Shown here: in pieces, positions 24,025 to 34,000 of the stretch | Position numbering within the stretch: position 1 is the first letter of the stretch | Layout: the number at the start of each line of letters is the position of its first letter | IMG/VR virus record: IMGVR_UViG_3300037463_000059 | Coordinates: 1-42,547 of that record | DNA length: 42,547 nt | Source of the DNA: a virus | Lineage: Duplodnaviria; Caudoviricetes | Direction: 5' to 3' (one strand) | The notes under the pieces: model-generated | Databases searched by the model: none | What the model was told of the DNA's origin: nothing | The model's input: only the letters and a program-made list of their open reading frames with translations | Position numbers and translations under genes: made by a program

Positions 24025-26211
24025 ATGACGGAGATCCTGATTTACGGGATCGTCGGCGACAGCTGCGACGGTCTGGACGCGCGGACGCTTCGTCCCCTGA
24101 TCACCGAGGGGGAGGACGATCTGGACGTGCGGATCAACAGCCCGGGCGGCTACGTCATGGAGGGCCTGGCGATCTACAACACGATCGCGGGCGAACGCGC
24201 GAAGGGCCGCAAGGTCGCCGTCCATATCGACGGTCTGGCCGCCTCGATGGCGTCGGTCATCGCAATGGCCGGCGAGACCATCGTCATGGCCGACAATGCG
24301 ATGATGATGATCCACAACCCGTGGGACTGCGCCTGCGGCGACGCCGTCGAGTTGCGCCGTGCTGCCGACAAGCTCGACCGGATCCGCGACCAGCTGGTCG
24401 GAATCTATTCCGGGCAGACCAGCCTCGATGCCGACGAGCTGATCCCGATGCTCGACGCCGAGACCTGGATGACCGCCGACGAGGCCCTTGAAAAGGGCTT
24501 CGTCACCGAGATCGCGCCGGCCCTGCAGATCGCCGCGTGCAACGTCAAAGCCTTCGGGTTCCGCAAGGTCCCGGATAGCCCGCTCATCACCGTCATGGCG
24601 ATGGGCCAGAATAGGGCGGCCGAGCCCGCGCCTCAAATGAAGGAAGCCCCCATGGACCTCTACAAGACCCGCGCGGCGCTGGTTGCCGCGATCGCCAAGT
24701 TCCAGAAGGACGGCGGCACCCAGGACGAGATCGACAAGATCTCCAGGTCTGCCGTCGCCCTCGACGCACAGGACGCATTGCCGGCCACCGGCGCGCTGGC
24801 CCGGGCACAGGCGCCTGTCATCGTTCCGCCCGAGGGCACGACGCCAGCGCCTCCGACCGTCCAGGACGTGCAGGCGAGCGCCGCTGCCGCAGTGGCGGCC
24901 GAGCGCGCCCGAGCGGCCGGTATCCGCACCGCGGTGGCTCGTGCTCGCCTGCCGGCCGAGTTCGGCGACGATCTGGTCACGAACGGGACCTCGCTCGAGG
25001 ACGCCCGCGCCCAGATACTCGACAAGCTGGCCGAGGGCAGCGACGCGCAGAATATCGGCCATAACGGTCCGATGCGCGTTACCCAGGACGCCCGCGACAA
25101 GTTTCGGGAGGGCGCGACGAACTGGCTTCTCGTCAAGGCCGGGGTCGCGCCGATCATCCTCGCGGCCGCCAAGGCCCGGGGTGAGACGGTGACGCTCGAT
25201 CCCGGCGAGTTTCGCGGCATGCGCAACGCGGACCTGGCGCGTGAGGCGCTCCAGAACGCCGGCATCAAGGCCTCGGCCCGCGATCCCGACGGCATCGTTC
25301 GCGAGGCGATGTCGACCCGCGCCGCGATCACGCAGACGACCAGCGACTTTCCCGTGCTGTTCGAGGACGCGATGCATCGCACCTTGCAGGCCGCCTATGC
25401 GGTGACGCCGGACACCTGGACCCGGTTCTGCGGAACGGGAACGGTGACCGATTTTCGCGATCATCATCGCTACCTGCGGGGAAGCTTCGGCGCGCTCGAC
25501 AGCGTCGGCGAGGCCGGGGAGTTCAAGAACAAGCCGATCCCGGATCTGGCCAAGGAAACGATCCGAGCGACGACCAAGGGCAACATCATCAACCTCTCCA
25601 GGCAGGCGATCGTCAATGACAATATGGAGGCCTTCTCCGGACTTGCCGTCGACCTCGGCCGCTCGGCCAAGCTGACGATCGAGATCGACGTCTATGCCCT
25701 GCTCAATTCGAATCCGACCATGAACGACGGCGTCCCTCTGTTCCACGCCGACCACGGCAACCTTGCGGCCGCCGGCGCGGCACCCACGGTGACCGGATTC
25801 GACGCGATCCGGGTGGCGATGGCCAGCCAGAAGGATCTCAGCGGCAACGAGTTCCTCGAGATCAGGCCGGCGATCGGCCTGTTCCCGCTGGGACTTGGCG
25901 GCGTCGCTCGAATCCTCAACGGCAGCCAGTACGATCCGGATGCGGTCAACAAGCTGCAGCGGCCGAACATCGTCAACGGGCTCCTCCAGGAGGTGGTCGA
26001 TTCGCCTCGGCTGACCGGAACCGCCTATTACTTCTTCGCCGACCCCAATGTGGCGCCCGCGATCGAGGTGGTGTTCCTCAACGGGGTCACCGAGCCGTTC
26101 ACCGACAGCGAGGAAGGCTGGCGGGTCGATGGGGTCGAGTGGAAGGTCCGCCACGACTATGGCGTCGGCGCGGTCAACTACCGTTCCGCCTACAAGCAGC
26201 CCGGCGCCTAG
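24025..26211 (+). CDS. ClpP-like prohead protease fused to major capsid protein
   Basis: RINSPGG, GLAASMAS, MIHNPW, ETWM; capsid part TTSDFP, SRQAIVND, LFHADHGN, KVRHDYG. Confidence 0.95.
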   Translation: MTEILIYGIVGDSCDGLDARTLRPLITEGEDDLDVRINSPGGYVMEGLAIYNTIAGERAKGRKVAVHIDGLAASMASVIAMAGETIVMADNAMMMIHNPWDCACGDAVELRRAADKLDRIRDQLVGIYSGQTSLDADELIPMLDAETWMTADEALEKGFVTEIAPALQIAACNVKAFGFRKVPDSPLITVMAMGQNRAAEPAPQMKEAPMDLYKTRAALVAAIAKFQKDGGTQDEIDKISRSAVALDAQDALPATGALARAQAPVIVPPEGTTPAPPTVQDVQASAAAAVAAERARAAGIRTAVARARLPAEFGDDLVTNGTSLEDARAQILDKLAEGSDAQNIGHNGPMRVTQDARDKFREGATNWLLVKAGVAPIILAAAKARGETVTLDPGEFRGMRNADLAREALQNAGIKASARDPDGIVREAMSTRAAITQTTSDFPVLFEDAMHRTLQAAYAVTPDTWTRFCGTGTVTDFRDHHRYLRGSFGALDSVGEAGEFKNKPIPDLAKETIRATTKGNIINLSRQAIVNDNMEAFSGLAVDLGRSAKLTIEIDVYALLNSNPTMNDGVPLFHADHGNLAAAGAAPTVTGFDAIRVAMASQKDLSGNEFLEIRPAIGLFPLGLGGVARILNGSQYDPDAVNKLQRPNIVNGLLQEVVDSPRLTGTAYYFFADPNVAPAIEVVFLNGVTEPFTDSEEGWRVDGVEWKVRHDYGVGAVNYRSAYKQPGA

Positions 26212-26249
26212 GTCTCTGGGTCCACCTCAATCACCAGCGAATTGGGAAT

Positions 26250-26279
26250 CGGACGACCTCGGTCGTCCGTTTCCGTTTT
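26250..26279 (+). terminator. Putative intrinsic terminator after capsid gene
   Basis: CGGACGAC-CTCG-GTCGTCCG followed by TTTCCGTTTT. Confidence 0.6.
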
Positions 26280-26292
26280 CAGGAGACCGACG

Positions 26293-26661
26293 ATGAGCAA
26301 GATGATCAAGCTGTGGACTTCCGCCACGGTCAACGGGCGGCTGCGGCATCCCCATGAGGGCGTGCTTCATCTCGAAGACGGCGAGGCCAAGCGCCTGGTC
26401 GAGAGCGCCGCCGGCGAGGACGTCACCGACGACTTCACCGCCGAACAGCTGAAGAACACCCCGGTCGAGAGCGTCACGGTGCGAAGCGGCGCGCTGGCCG
26501 TACCAACCCCTTTCGACCCTCGTGCCGAGGAGGCCGCGATCATCTCCGAGCGGCAAGCCGCCGGAGCACCGGAACCCGCGCCTCAACCCGATCCGCTGGA
26601 CCATGACGGAGACGGCCGCAAGGGCGGTTCGAGAGCCGGCGGCACCAAGCCCAAGGGTTGA
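26293..26661 (+). CDS. Hypothetical head-associated protein (122 aa)
   Basis: AGGAG RBS; C-terminal DPLDHDGDGRKGGS. Confidence 0.8.
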   Translation: MSKMIKLWTSATVNGRLRHPHEGVLHLEDGEAKRLVESAAGEDVTDDFTAEQLKNTPVESVTVRSGALAVPTPFDPRAEEAAIISERQAAGAPEPAPQPDPLDHDGDGRKGGSRAGGTKPKG

Positions 26662-26716
26662 GCCCCCTCCACCCAACCAGAATGCGGCCTCGGCCGCTAG
26701 AATAAGGATCGAGACC

Positions 26717-27046
26717 ATGGCGAAGAACTTCGTGCAGCCGGGGGAAACCCTTCCCCTTACCGCTCCCTATGACGTCGTGTCCGGCGGGGGCTTCCTGATC
26801 GGCTCCTTGTTCGCCGTTGCCCTGGTGACGGCCGCGAGCGGATCGGCCGTCGAAGGCAAGACGACGGGCGTCTTCGACCTCGCCAAGGCGAGCGGCGCGG
26901 TCACGGCGGGGCAGAAAATCTACTGGGACAACACCGCCAAGAATTGCACCACCACCGCCACCAGCAACACGATGATCGGTGTCGCGACGCAGGCTGCCGC
27001 ATCCGGCGACGCGACGGTGCGCGTCCGGCTCGGCATCGTCGCCTAG
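26717..27046 (+). CDS. DUF2190 family capsid decoration/cement protein
   Basis: MAKNFVQPG...GVFDLAK...GQKIYWD...IGVA...VRVRL. Confidence 0.92.
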   Translation: MAKNFVQPGETLPLTAPYDVVSGGGFLIGSLFAVALVTAASGSAVEGKTTGVFDLAKASGAVTAGQKIYWDNTAKNCTTTATSNTMIGVATQAAASGDATVRVRLGIVA

Positions 27047-27166
27047 AACCGAAGCGCCGGCTCCGGCCGGCGCCGAGGGGCGGGCGGTGGCAGTCCCCGG
27101 GAGCTTCATCCCCTCCTCCGAATGCCGCCGCCCGTTTCCACTTTTCCCCGGTGCGAGGACATACTC

Positions 27167-27391
27167 ATGAAGAAGATCGTGCTGCACGGTCCGTCGACCG
27201 ACGAGGCCGGCAATTTCTGCGATTCGGGTGCCGAGCTCGAGCTGGTCGACGGCAAGAAGGGCGAGGGCAAGGCGGGCTTCATCTCCGCCGAGCGGGCGCG
27301 CGAGCTGGTCGAGCGCGGCGGCGCCGTGTCGGCGACCGCGTCGGCCGAGATCGAGAAGGCCGCGGCGCAGGCGCCGGGCGACAAGGCCTGA
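27167..27391 (+). CDS. Small hypothetical head-completion protein (74 aa)
   Basis: GAGGA RBS; ISAERARELVERGGA; TGATG overlap with next gene. Confidence 0.75.
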   Translation: MKKIVLHGPSTDEAGNFCDSGAELELVDGKKGEGKAGFISAERARELVERGGAVSATASAEIEKAAAQAPGDKA

Positions 27392-27705
27392 TGCTTCCGC
27401 ACGAAGCGGCGGCGCTGGCGGCGATCGACGCCGTCTATGCGATTCCCGTCCTCTATACCGGCGCCGGGCTGGTCGCCGCGCCGCTCAGCGCGATCAAGTC
27501 CGAGGAGTCGGCCGAGGCCTTCCAGGGCGCGGGCAACACGCTGCGCGAGGTCAGCTTCGAGATCGCGCAGGCCGACCTGCCGCAACGGCCCCGCAAGACC
27601 GACGTGATCGAGGAGGTCGAGAGCGGCCACGCCTGGCGCGTCAACGACATCACGCCCCGCGACGAGATCGGCCGCTGGCGGCTGATCGTCGTCAAGGACG
27701 CGTGA
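27391..27705 (+). CDS. Head-tail joining (FII-like) protein
   Basis: 104 aa; FEI...LPQRPRKTDVI...WRV; position. Confidence 0.75.
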   Translation: MLPHEAAALAAIDAVYAIPVLYTGAGLVAAPLSAIKSEESAEAFQGAGNTLREVSFEIAQADLPQRPRKTDVIEEVESGHAWRVNDITPRDEIGRWRLIVVKDA

Positions 27706-28142
27706 TGGCGGACGCCGTTTGCGAGCGGATCATGGCGGTCCTCGACGCCCGCCTCGAGACGGTGGACGGCGTCCAGTCCTACGAGGCGGAGCCGACCGGG
27801 GATCCCGACGGCTTTCCCGCGCTCGCGCTTTATCAGGGCGACCTGACGCTGATCGAGAGCGAGACCGGTTCGAGCCGCTACCGGATGACGGTCAGCGTCA
27901 TGGGTTTCGTGGAGGGCGGGTCGGGTGCCCGCGCACGGGCCGAGCGCTCGAACCTCTACGCCGCAACGGTCAAGGTGTTGATGGCCGACCCGACGCTCGA
28001 CGGCCTCGCCGAGACGATCGAAGAGAGCGGCGACCTCGCGCTCGACGGCGCCGAGCTCGCGTCGGATCGCCGCCTCGGCTTCGCCCAGGACTTCGAAATT
28101 ACCTTCGCCACCGTTCGGGGCGACCCGACCCAGCTTGCCTGA
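27705..28142 (+). CDS. Tail terminator (gpU-like) protein
   Basis: FPALALYQG...LMADPTLDGLA...FEITF; directly upstream of tail tube. Confidence 0.75.
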   Translation: MADAVCERIMAVLDARLETVDGVQSYEAEPTGDPDGFPALALYQGDLTLIESETGSSRYRMTVSVMGFVEGGSGARARAERSNLYAATVKVLMADPTLDGLAETIEESGDLALDGAELASDRRLGFAQDFEITFATVRGDPTQLA

Positions 28143-28154
28143 GGAGATTGAGAC

Positions 28155-29390
28155 ATGGCCGACCCCGTAATCCGCCCGCAGAACGGGCTGCTGCTGATCG
28201 CCCCCCAGTCGGCCGAAGGAACGGCGGCGACGCTCGACCCGGCGCTCCACGCGGTGCCGATCGAGGCCGACAGCTTCAGCTACGGCAATCCGTTCACCAG
28301 CGAGGACAGCAACGAGACCAACGGCAGCCTGGTGCAATCGGCGCCGCTGATCGTCGGCCAGGCCGTGCCCTTGAGCTTCCAGTTCCGGCTCAAGGGCGCC
28401 GGCGCCGGCACGGCCTATACGTCGAGCGTCAAGCCGCCGCACCATGCCGTCTATCAGGCCTGCGGGCTTCGCGGCTTCTTTCAGGCCGCGATCGCGGCGG
28501 TGGCGCTGACGGCCGGGACGACGACGAGCGCGACGCTCGGCACCGGCTTCGCCGCGACCGCGCAGCTCTATCGCGGAATGCCGCTGGTCCTCTCGGGTGG
28601 GCCCGGCGCCGGGCTGATGCCCTTCGTCACCGATTATACCGCCGGGAAGGTGGCGACGCTCTCCGACCTGATGCCGCAGGCCCTCACGACCTCGACGCTG
28701 GCGGCGATCCCGGCCAACTGGACCTATGCCGGCACGACCCCGCTCGACGCGGCCTCGAGGTTGACCGATCACCCGCCCCACACGGTAGGCTGGTACGAGG
28801 ACGGCAACTTCTACCAGTGGATCGATGTCCGCGGAGTGCTCGATCTCGAGGGGCGCTCGGCGCGCCCGGGAACGGCGACGGTGCGGATGCAGGGGACCTT
28901 CACCGGCTCCTCGACGGTGGCGATGCCGACCAATGCAATCCTCCTCAATCACAGCGCTCCGATCCTGACCAAGGGCGCCGGCTCGGCCTCGGCCATCCAG
29001 GTGATGCGCAAGGAGCTTCCGATCAGCGCCTGGTCGCTGAGGAACGGCGGCGACGTCGAGGGCGTGGACGATCCCAACACCGCCTATGGCTTCGGGCCCG
29101 GGCAGATCGGCGGCCGCAAGCCGGTGTTCGGAGCCGACCCGCTCGCCACGCTCGTCTCGACGCAGGACCAGATGGGCGAGGTCGGCGCCGGAGCGACCGG
29201 GCCGATCGCGCTTCGCCTCGGCCAGGCCGCCGGCAACCGGGTCGGGATTCTCGGCACGCAGGCGCAGCCGATCAAGGCGGACCCGGCCAAGCGCCTAAGC
29301 CTTCGCTCGCTCGACCGGGAATGGCAGCTGACCTCGCCGGGCCGCGACGCCCAGCTGCGCGACAGCGAGCGGTTCCTGATTTTTTCGTAA
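28155..29390 (+). CDS. Major tail (tube) protein
   Basis: GAGGAG RBS; 411 aa, Ala/Gly/Thr rich; P..HAVYQACG; between terminator and chaperone. Confidence 0.75.
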   Translation: MADPVIRPQNGLLLIAPQSAEGTAATLDPALHAVPIEADSFSYGNPFTSEDSNETNGSLVQSAPLIVGQAVPLSFQFRLKGAGAGTAYTSSVKPPHHAVYQACGLRGFFQAAIAAVALTAGTTTSATLGTGFAATAQLYRGMPLVLSGGPGAGLMPFVTDYTAGKVATLSDLMPQALTTSTLAAIPANWTYAGTTPLDAASRLTDHPPHTVGWYEDGNFYQWIDVRGVLDLEGRSARPGTATVRMQGTFTGSSTVAMPTNAILLNHSAPILTKGAGSASAIQVMRKELPISAWSLRNGGDVEGVDDPNTAYGFGPGQIGGRKPVFGADPLATLVSTQDQMGEVGAGATGPIALRLGQAAGNRVGILGTQAQPIKADPAKRLSLRSLDREWQLTSPGRDAQLRDSERFLIFS

Positions 29391-29440
29391 TCGCCCCAAA
29401 GCATTGATTTGGGCCGGGAGCATCGAAAGGGCACGAACGG

Positions 29441-30187
29441 ATGATCATATTGTCGAGCTCGGCGACGGTCGAGTGGGTGCCGCCCTGGCTGCAAGGGGAG
29501 GCGCAGCCGAAGCGGCGGTATTTGTTCCGGGCGGGCAGCGTCGGCGATCGGGCGACGGTCGAGGCGGAGCTGGCCGGGGACTGCCGGGCAGCGCCCGTCT
29601 ACGGATTCGAAATGTCGGCGGCTTTCGCCGACGGGGTCGTCGCGCTGTTTCCCGACAATCCCGACGATGCGTCGAGGCTGATCGAGCTGGACCAGGCCGA
29701 GGCAGCGCTGAAGGAGGGCGAAAGCCTGCCCGCGGATGAGCAGGCCCTACTCGACCAGGCTCGCGAGATCGTGGGCGAGGCATGGCCGGCCTACAGGGCG
29801 CTGTCGGCGCGCAAGGCCCGGCGCAACGAGTGGGCGCCGCTGGTGGCCTTTCGCCGCCTTTGCGCGGGCTGGGAGGGGGAGGAACTGCCCCCCTTCGCAA
29901 AGGGTCTTGACGGTCTGGTTACGGCAGAGGCGATGCTCGCCCTGCCCTCGCTCGAACTGAGGATCGGGGGCGCCGAGGCGTATCGACGGCTCCACGGCCG
30001 CGGCGGCGACACGGAAAAAAACTGCGAGGGGCCTTTGCCGTCCGGCAAAGGCCCCAGGACTTCGACTTCGCCTGCGCAGAAAAAGGGTGGAGGATCGCCG
30101 GGCAAATCTGGCCGGAGAACCCGCTCCTCGTCGTCCCGGCCTGGGCGTTCCAAACCGTCGACCTCTGGCTCGACTGCCGCCGGCTAG
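29441..30187 (+). CDS. Tail assembly chaperone (gpG-like, zero frame)
   Basis: Position; contains slippery site at EKN. Confidence 0.75.
   Translation: MIILSSSATVEWVPPWLQGEAQPKRRYLFRAGSVGDRATVEAELAGDCRAAPVYGFEMSAAFADGVVALFPDNPDDASRLIELDQAEAALKEGESLPADEQALLDQAREIVGEAWPAYRALSARKARRNEWAPLVAFRRLCAGWEGEELPPFAKGLDGLVTAEAMLALPSLELRIGGAEAYRRLHGRGGDTEKNCEGPLPSGKGPRTSTSPAQKKGGGSPGKSGRRTRSSSSRPGRSKPSTSGSTAAG
30016..30055 (+). other. Programmed -1 frameshift signal
   Basis: In-frame A AAA AAC (30016-30022), 5-nt spacer, inverted repeat GGGGCCTTTGCCG/CGGCAAAGGCCCC (30028-30055). Confidence 0.85.
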
Positions 30188-30315
30188 GCGCGGCCGGCCT
30201 GCTTGGAGCCGGCGGCTCGCCGGCCTTGCCGTGCGCGGGCGGGGTCACCGACCAGCCCTCCGCCCTGATGGATGCTTTCCAGCTGCTCGACAGCTGGTCG
30301 AGCGCGGAGGAGTGA
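30022..30315 (+). CDS. gpT-like -1 frame extension of tail chaperone
   Basis: Own translation LRGAFAVRQRPQDFDF...ENPL...LPCAGGVTDQPSALMDAFQLLDSWSSAEE; no upstream start of its own. Confidence 0.8.
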   Translation: MRGAFAVRQRPQDFDFACAEKGWRIAGQIWPENPLLVVPAWAFQTVDLWLDCRRLGAAGLLGAGGSPALPCAGGVTDQPSALMDAFQLLDSWSSAEE

Positions 30316-30319
30316 CGAT

Positions 30320-31054
30320 GTGCCCGGAATCCTCGACCCTCGACTGATCCTCGACTCGCCGCAGCTGCGGGCCGAGCAGGACCGAGTGTCCCGGTTCATG
30401 CTCAATGCCGCCAAGAATGCGGTCGCAGATGCGACCAAGGGCCTGGAGCGGGAGCTGGAGGCGATCACGCGGGACGCGGCCGGAGGGAGGCTGTGGCGAG
30501 CCTGGAAGAGCGAGGTCTATCCGCGCACCGGGATCGCGCGCGAGCCGTCCGGCTCGGTATTCGTCAACGGCGGGCCGCGATCGCGCGGAGCGATCGAGTT
30601 CTTCTCCCGGCCCGGCCGGATCAAGTCGAAGAGCGGCCGCTTCCTCGCCGTCCCGACGCCTGCGGCCGGGTCGCAGGGGCGCCGCCGCAACCTCACTCCG
30701 GAGGAGTGGGAGGCGCGAAACGGCGAGAAGCTGCGCTTCGTCTACCGGCGGGGCCGGCCTTCGCTGCTGGTGGCGGAGGGGCTGCTCAACGCCCGGACCG
30801 GCACATACCGGCGCTGGACGACCCGACGGACCAAGGTCGACGAGCGGCGCGGGTTCCGCCGGGGCGTCACCACCGTGGTCATCTTCGTGCTGATTCCGCA
30901 GGTGGCGTTCGCGAACCGGTTCGCGATCGACCCCGTCATCCGGAAATGGGGACGGAACCTGGTCGAGGATTTCGGGCGGAGAGCCCGGATGCTCGAGACG
31001 TTCGAGGGTTCCTCCACCCGCGCTGCGGGTGGACGGTTCCGCGAGATTCCATGA
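30320..31054 (+). CDS. DUF6441-like tail completion protein
   Basis: GGAGGAG RBS; basic protein; RLWRAWKSEVYP, GRFLAVPT, LRFVYRRGRPSLLVAE. Confidence 0.8.
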   Translation: MPGILDPRLILDSPQLRAEQDRVSRFMLNAAKNAVADATKGLERELEAITRDAAGGRLWRAWKSEVYPRTGIAREPSGSVFVNGGPRSRGAIEFFSRPGRIKSKSGRFLAVPTPAAGSQGRRRNLTPEEWEARNGEKLRFVYRRGRPSLLVAEGLLNARTGTYRRWTTRRTKVDERRGFRRGVTTVVIFVLIPQVAFANRFAIDPVIRKWGRNLVEDFGRRARMLETFEGSSTRAAGGRFREIP

Positions 31055-31076
31055 GCCCCACGGGGGAGACGAGCCG

Positions 31077-34000
31077 ATGGCCACTGCCGAGATCATCGCC
31101 CGGCTGAAGCTCAACGCCCAGCATTTCACGTCGGAGCTGCAGCGCGAGCTCGGCGGCGCCGAGCGGCGGTTCGGCCAGACCGGCCAGGTCATCGGTCGCA
31201 ACATCAGCGAGGGGATCGGCGGAGGGCTGCAGGAGGCGGCCGCCCGGGTCCCGGTCGTCGGCAGCGCGCTTTCCGGTCTGTCCGGTGCTGCCTTGGTGGG
31301 GGCGGCGGGAGTCGGAGCAATGGTCGCCATGCTCGGCAAGGGCATTTCCGAGGCGGAGACGCTGGCGGCGTCGGTGCGCCAGCTCGACGCGGCAACGCAA
31401 AACTTCAACAATACCGGCCTCAGCCGCGGCGACCTCCTCGCCTTTTCAGAGGAACTGGAGGACCGGTTCGCGATCGCCCAGGAGGAGATCGTCAAAGTCC
31501 AGGCCGAGCTGGCAACTTTCGAAGGCGTGGCGGGAACGACGTTCAAGAACGTGATGGTGGCGGCCGCCGACCTGTCCGCGACCTTCAACACCGACTTGTC
31601 CAGCGAAGCCATTAAGCTCGGCACGGTCATCCAGAACCTGACCAATGGCGACGTCGAAGGGCTCCGCAAGGCGCTCAAGTTTCTCGGCACGGCCAATCTC
31701 GAGGCAATCGAGAAGCTCGCCAAGACCGGCCAGGAGGCCGAGGCGGTCCGGCGTCTGTTTGCCGAACTGAAAGAGACGACGGGGGATGCCGCGGATGCGC
31801 GCGGCAAGGGGGTCAGCGGCGCGATGTTCCGGCTCGCCGACGCCGTCTTCGACACCACCCGCGAGTTCACCGTACAGAGCGGCATCCACTCCGCCGTCGA
31901 AAAGGGCCTCAACGACATCGCGGCTGCCGCCAAACTAACCGCCGACCAAATGAAGGAGATGAACGAACTCGAGGCGACGGGGACGATGCTGCTGTGGCTC
32001 ATGGAGGGTGCCACGGGGCTCGTCAATCCTTCGGCCGGGGTCGTCGGGGATCTAAGGCGGCGTGCCGCCGCCGAGGGTGCAAAGGGCGGCAATCTCTTCG
32101 ATCCGATGGACCCTGCCGAGCGGCAGGAACTGCTGGACCGGATCAAGGCGGAATCCGACGCCATGCGCGCGGCGAGCGACCGCAAGGCGGGGGCCGATCG
32201 CCGGCGGGCGGAGGAAAATGCGAAAAAGGGCGTGCTGCTGCTGCCCCCTGTCTCCGGACCGGTGACGAGCGGTTTCGGTCCCCGCGTGCGGCCCCGTTCC
32301 GGGGCCTCCGCCTTTCATCCGGGCATCGATTATGGCGTTGCCTCCGGAACGCCCGTGCGGGCCGGCGCCGCGGGCGTCGTCGTCCGAACCGGCACGATGC
32401 GCGGCCTAGGCAATGTCGTCGTCATCGATTACGGCAACAATATCGAAGCGCAGTTCAGCCATCTGAGCGCGGCGCTGGTGAAGCCCGGCGATATCGTCGC
32501 CCGCGGACAGGTCGTCGCCCGGAGCGGCAATACCGGCATCAGCACGGGCCCGCATCTCGACTATCGCGTCAAGGAGGGCGGGAGCTACGTCGATCCGCGC
32601 GATCGCCGATTCAAGATCGGCGACGGCGTTGGCAATGCCTATGCCTCTTTCGAGGAGCGGTCGGCGCGGGAGCGGGAGCAGGCCGACGAAAAGGCCGCGC
32701 GGGAGTTGGAGGCCCGGCGCAAGCAGCAGGAGCAGATCCTGAAGACGATGCGGGCCCAGCTCGACGTCGACGTCGACAGCGTGCGCTATGTCGACCTTCG
32801 GGCCCGAGGCCTCGGCCGGCTGGCCGCCCTCGAGGAGGAGCTGGACTCGATCCGCCGCCGAGGCGCCGAGCAGCTCGCGGACCTACCCGACAGGCAGGCC
32901 GAGCTCAGCGCGGAGATCGAGGCGCAGGCGAGATTCTACGAGGAGCAGGGCGCGGCCCTGGCCCGGCTCATCCAGGCCCATGGCGATCGGGCGACCCTGA
33001 CCAAAGCCGAGGCGGAGGCGGAAGCGGCGGCGAGCCAGGCGATGGTCGACGCGCTTGCCGATGCCGTCTCCCTGACCGCGACGGCCGCCGACCGGCTCCG
33101 GATCGAGGAGGCGATCGCGCGGGTGAAGCACCAGATCAACGGCGCCGTCGACGACGCCACCAAGGCCGAGGAGGAGGCCAAGGCCCTGCGCGAGGAGGCG
33201 CTCGAGCAGGAGGCGAAGCTTCGCAAGGAGGCGTTCGACGCCCATCGCGACCAGGTGCAGGACCTGGCCGACTTCTACGAGCGGGCGATGCGCTCGGGCG
33301 GCAAGTCGATCGTCGAGGACTTCAAGGACCAGATGATCTCCTCGATCGCCGACATCGCCGCCCAATGGACCTTGGCCTTGCTGTCCGGGCAGAAGGTCTC
33401 GTTCGGAAGCCTGCTCGAGAACATGGGGGCGACGACCGGGGGCGGTGCGCAAAGCGGCCCGATGGGCTTCCTCTCCTCGCTGTTCGGCGGCGGCGGGGGA
33501 ATCGCCGGCGCGGCGCAGCGGGCTCCGGGGGGCGGCATAGGCGGCGGCAAGCCGGGCGGGATGTGGGACGGCATGGCCAACGCCATGGGCGGAGCCGGGC
33601 CGGCCGGCGGAGCCGCCGGCGAGATGGCCGGCATGATGGGGTCGATCGGCTCGGCTATGCCCTATGTCGGCGCGGCCATGGCCGCGGGCCAGATGATGAA
33701 CAAGATATTGGGAATCAAGGACCCGACTGGCGGGCTGCTGGGTCCTCTCGGCGCCTTGTTCGTCAACAGCTTCATCCCGGCCAAACGGGGTTCGGCGACT
33801 TTGGGCTTCGACCCCTATGGCGAGCTGGGAGTCGGCAGTTCCCGCGGCAACAGCGCCAGCCGGATCGATGCGGCCAAGGGCGGCATCGGAAGCGTCGCCG
33901 AGGCGCTGCAGCGGGTCGCCGAGGGGCTCGGCGGCGAGCTGACGGGGCGGCCGTCCGTCTCGCTCGGGCTCCGGGACGGGAGCTGGCGGGGCGATCCGAC

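Noticed and set aside
23677-26154. 825-aa minus-strand ORF and similar long ORFs at 32883-34946 and 35866-38382
   Set aside because: Shadows of capsid, tape measure and tail tip genes
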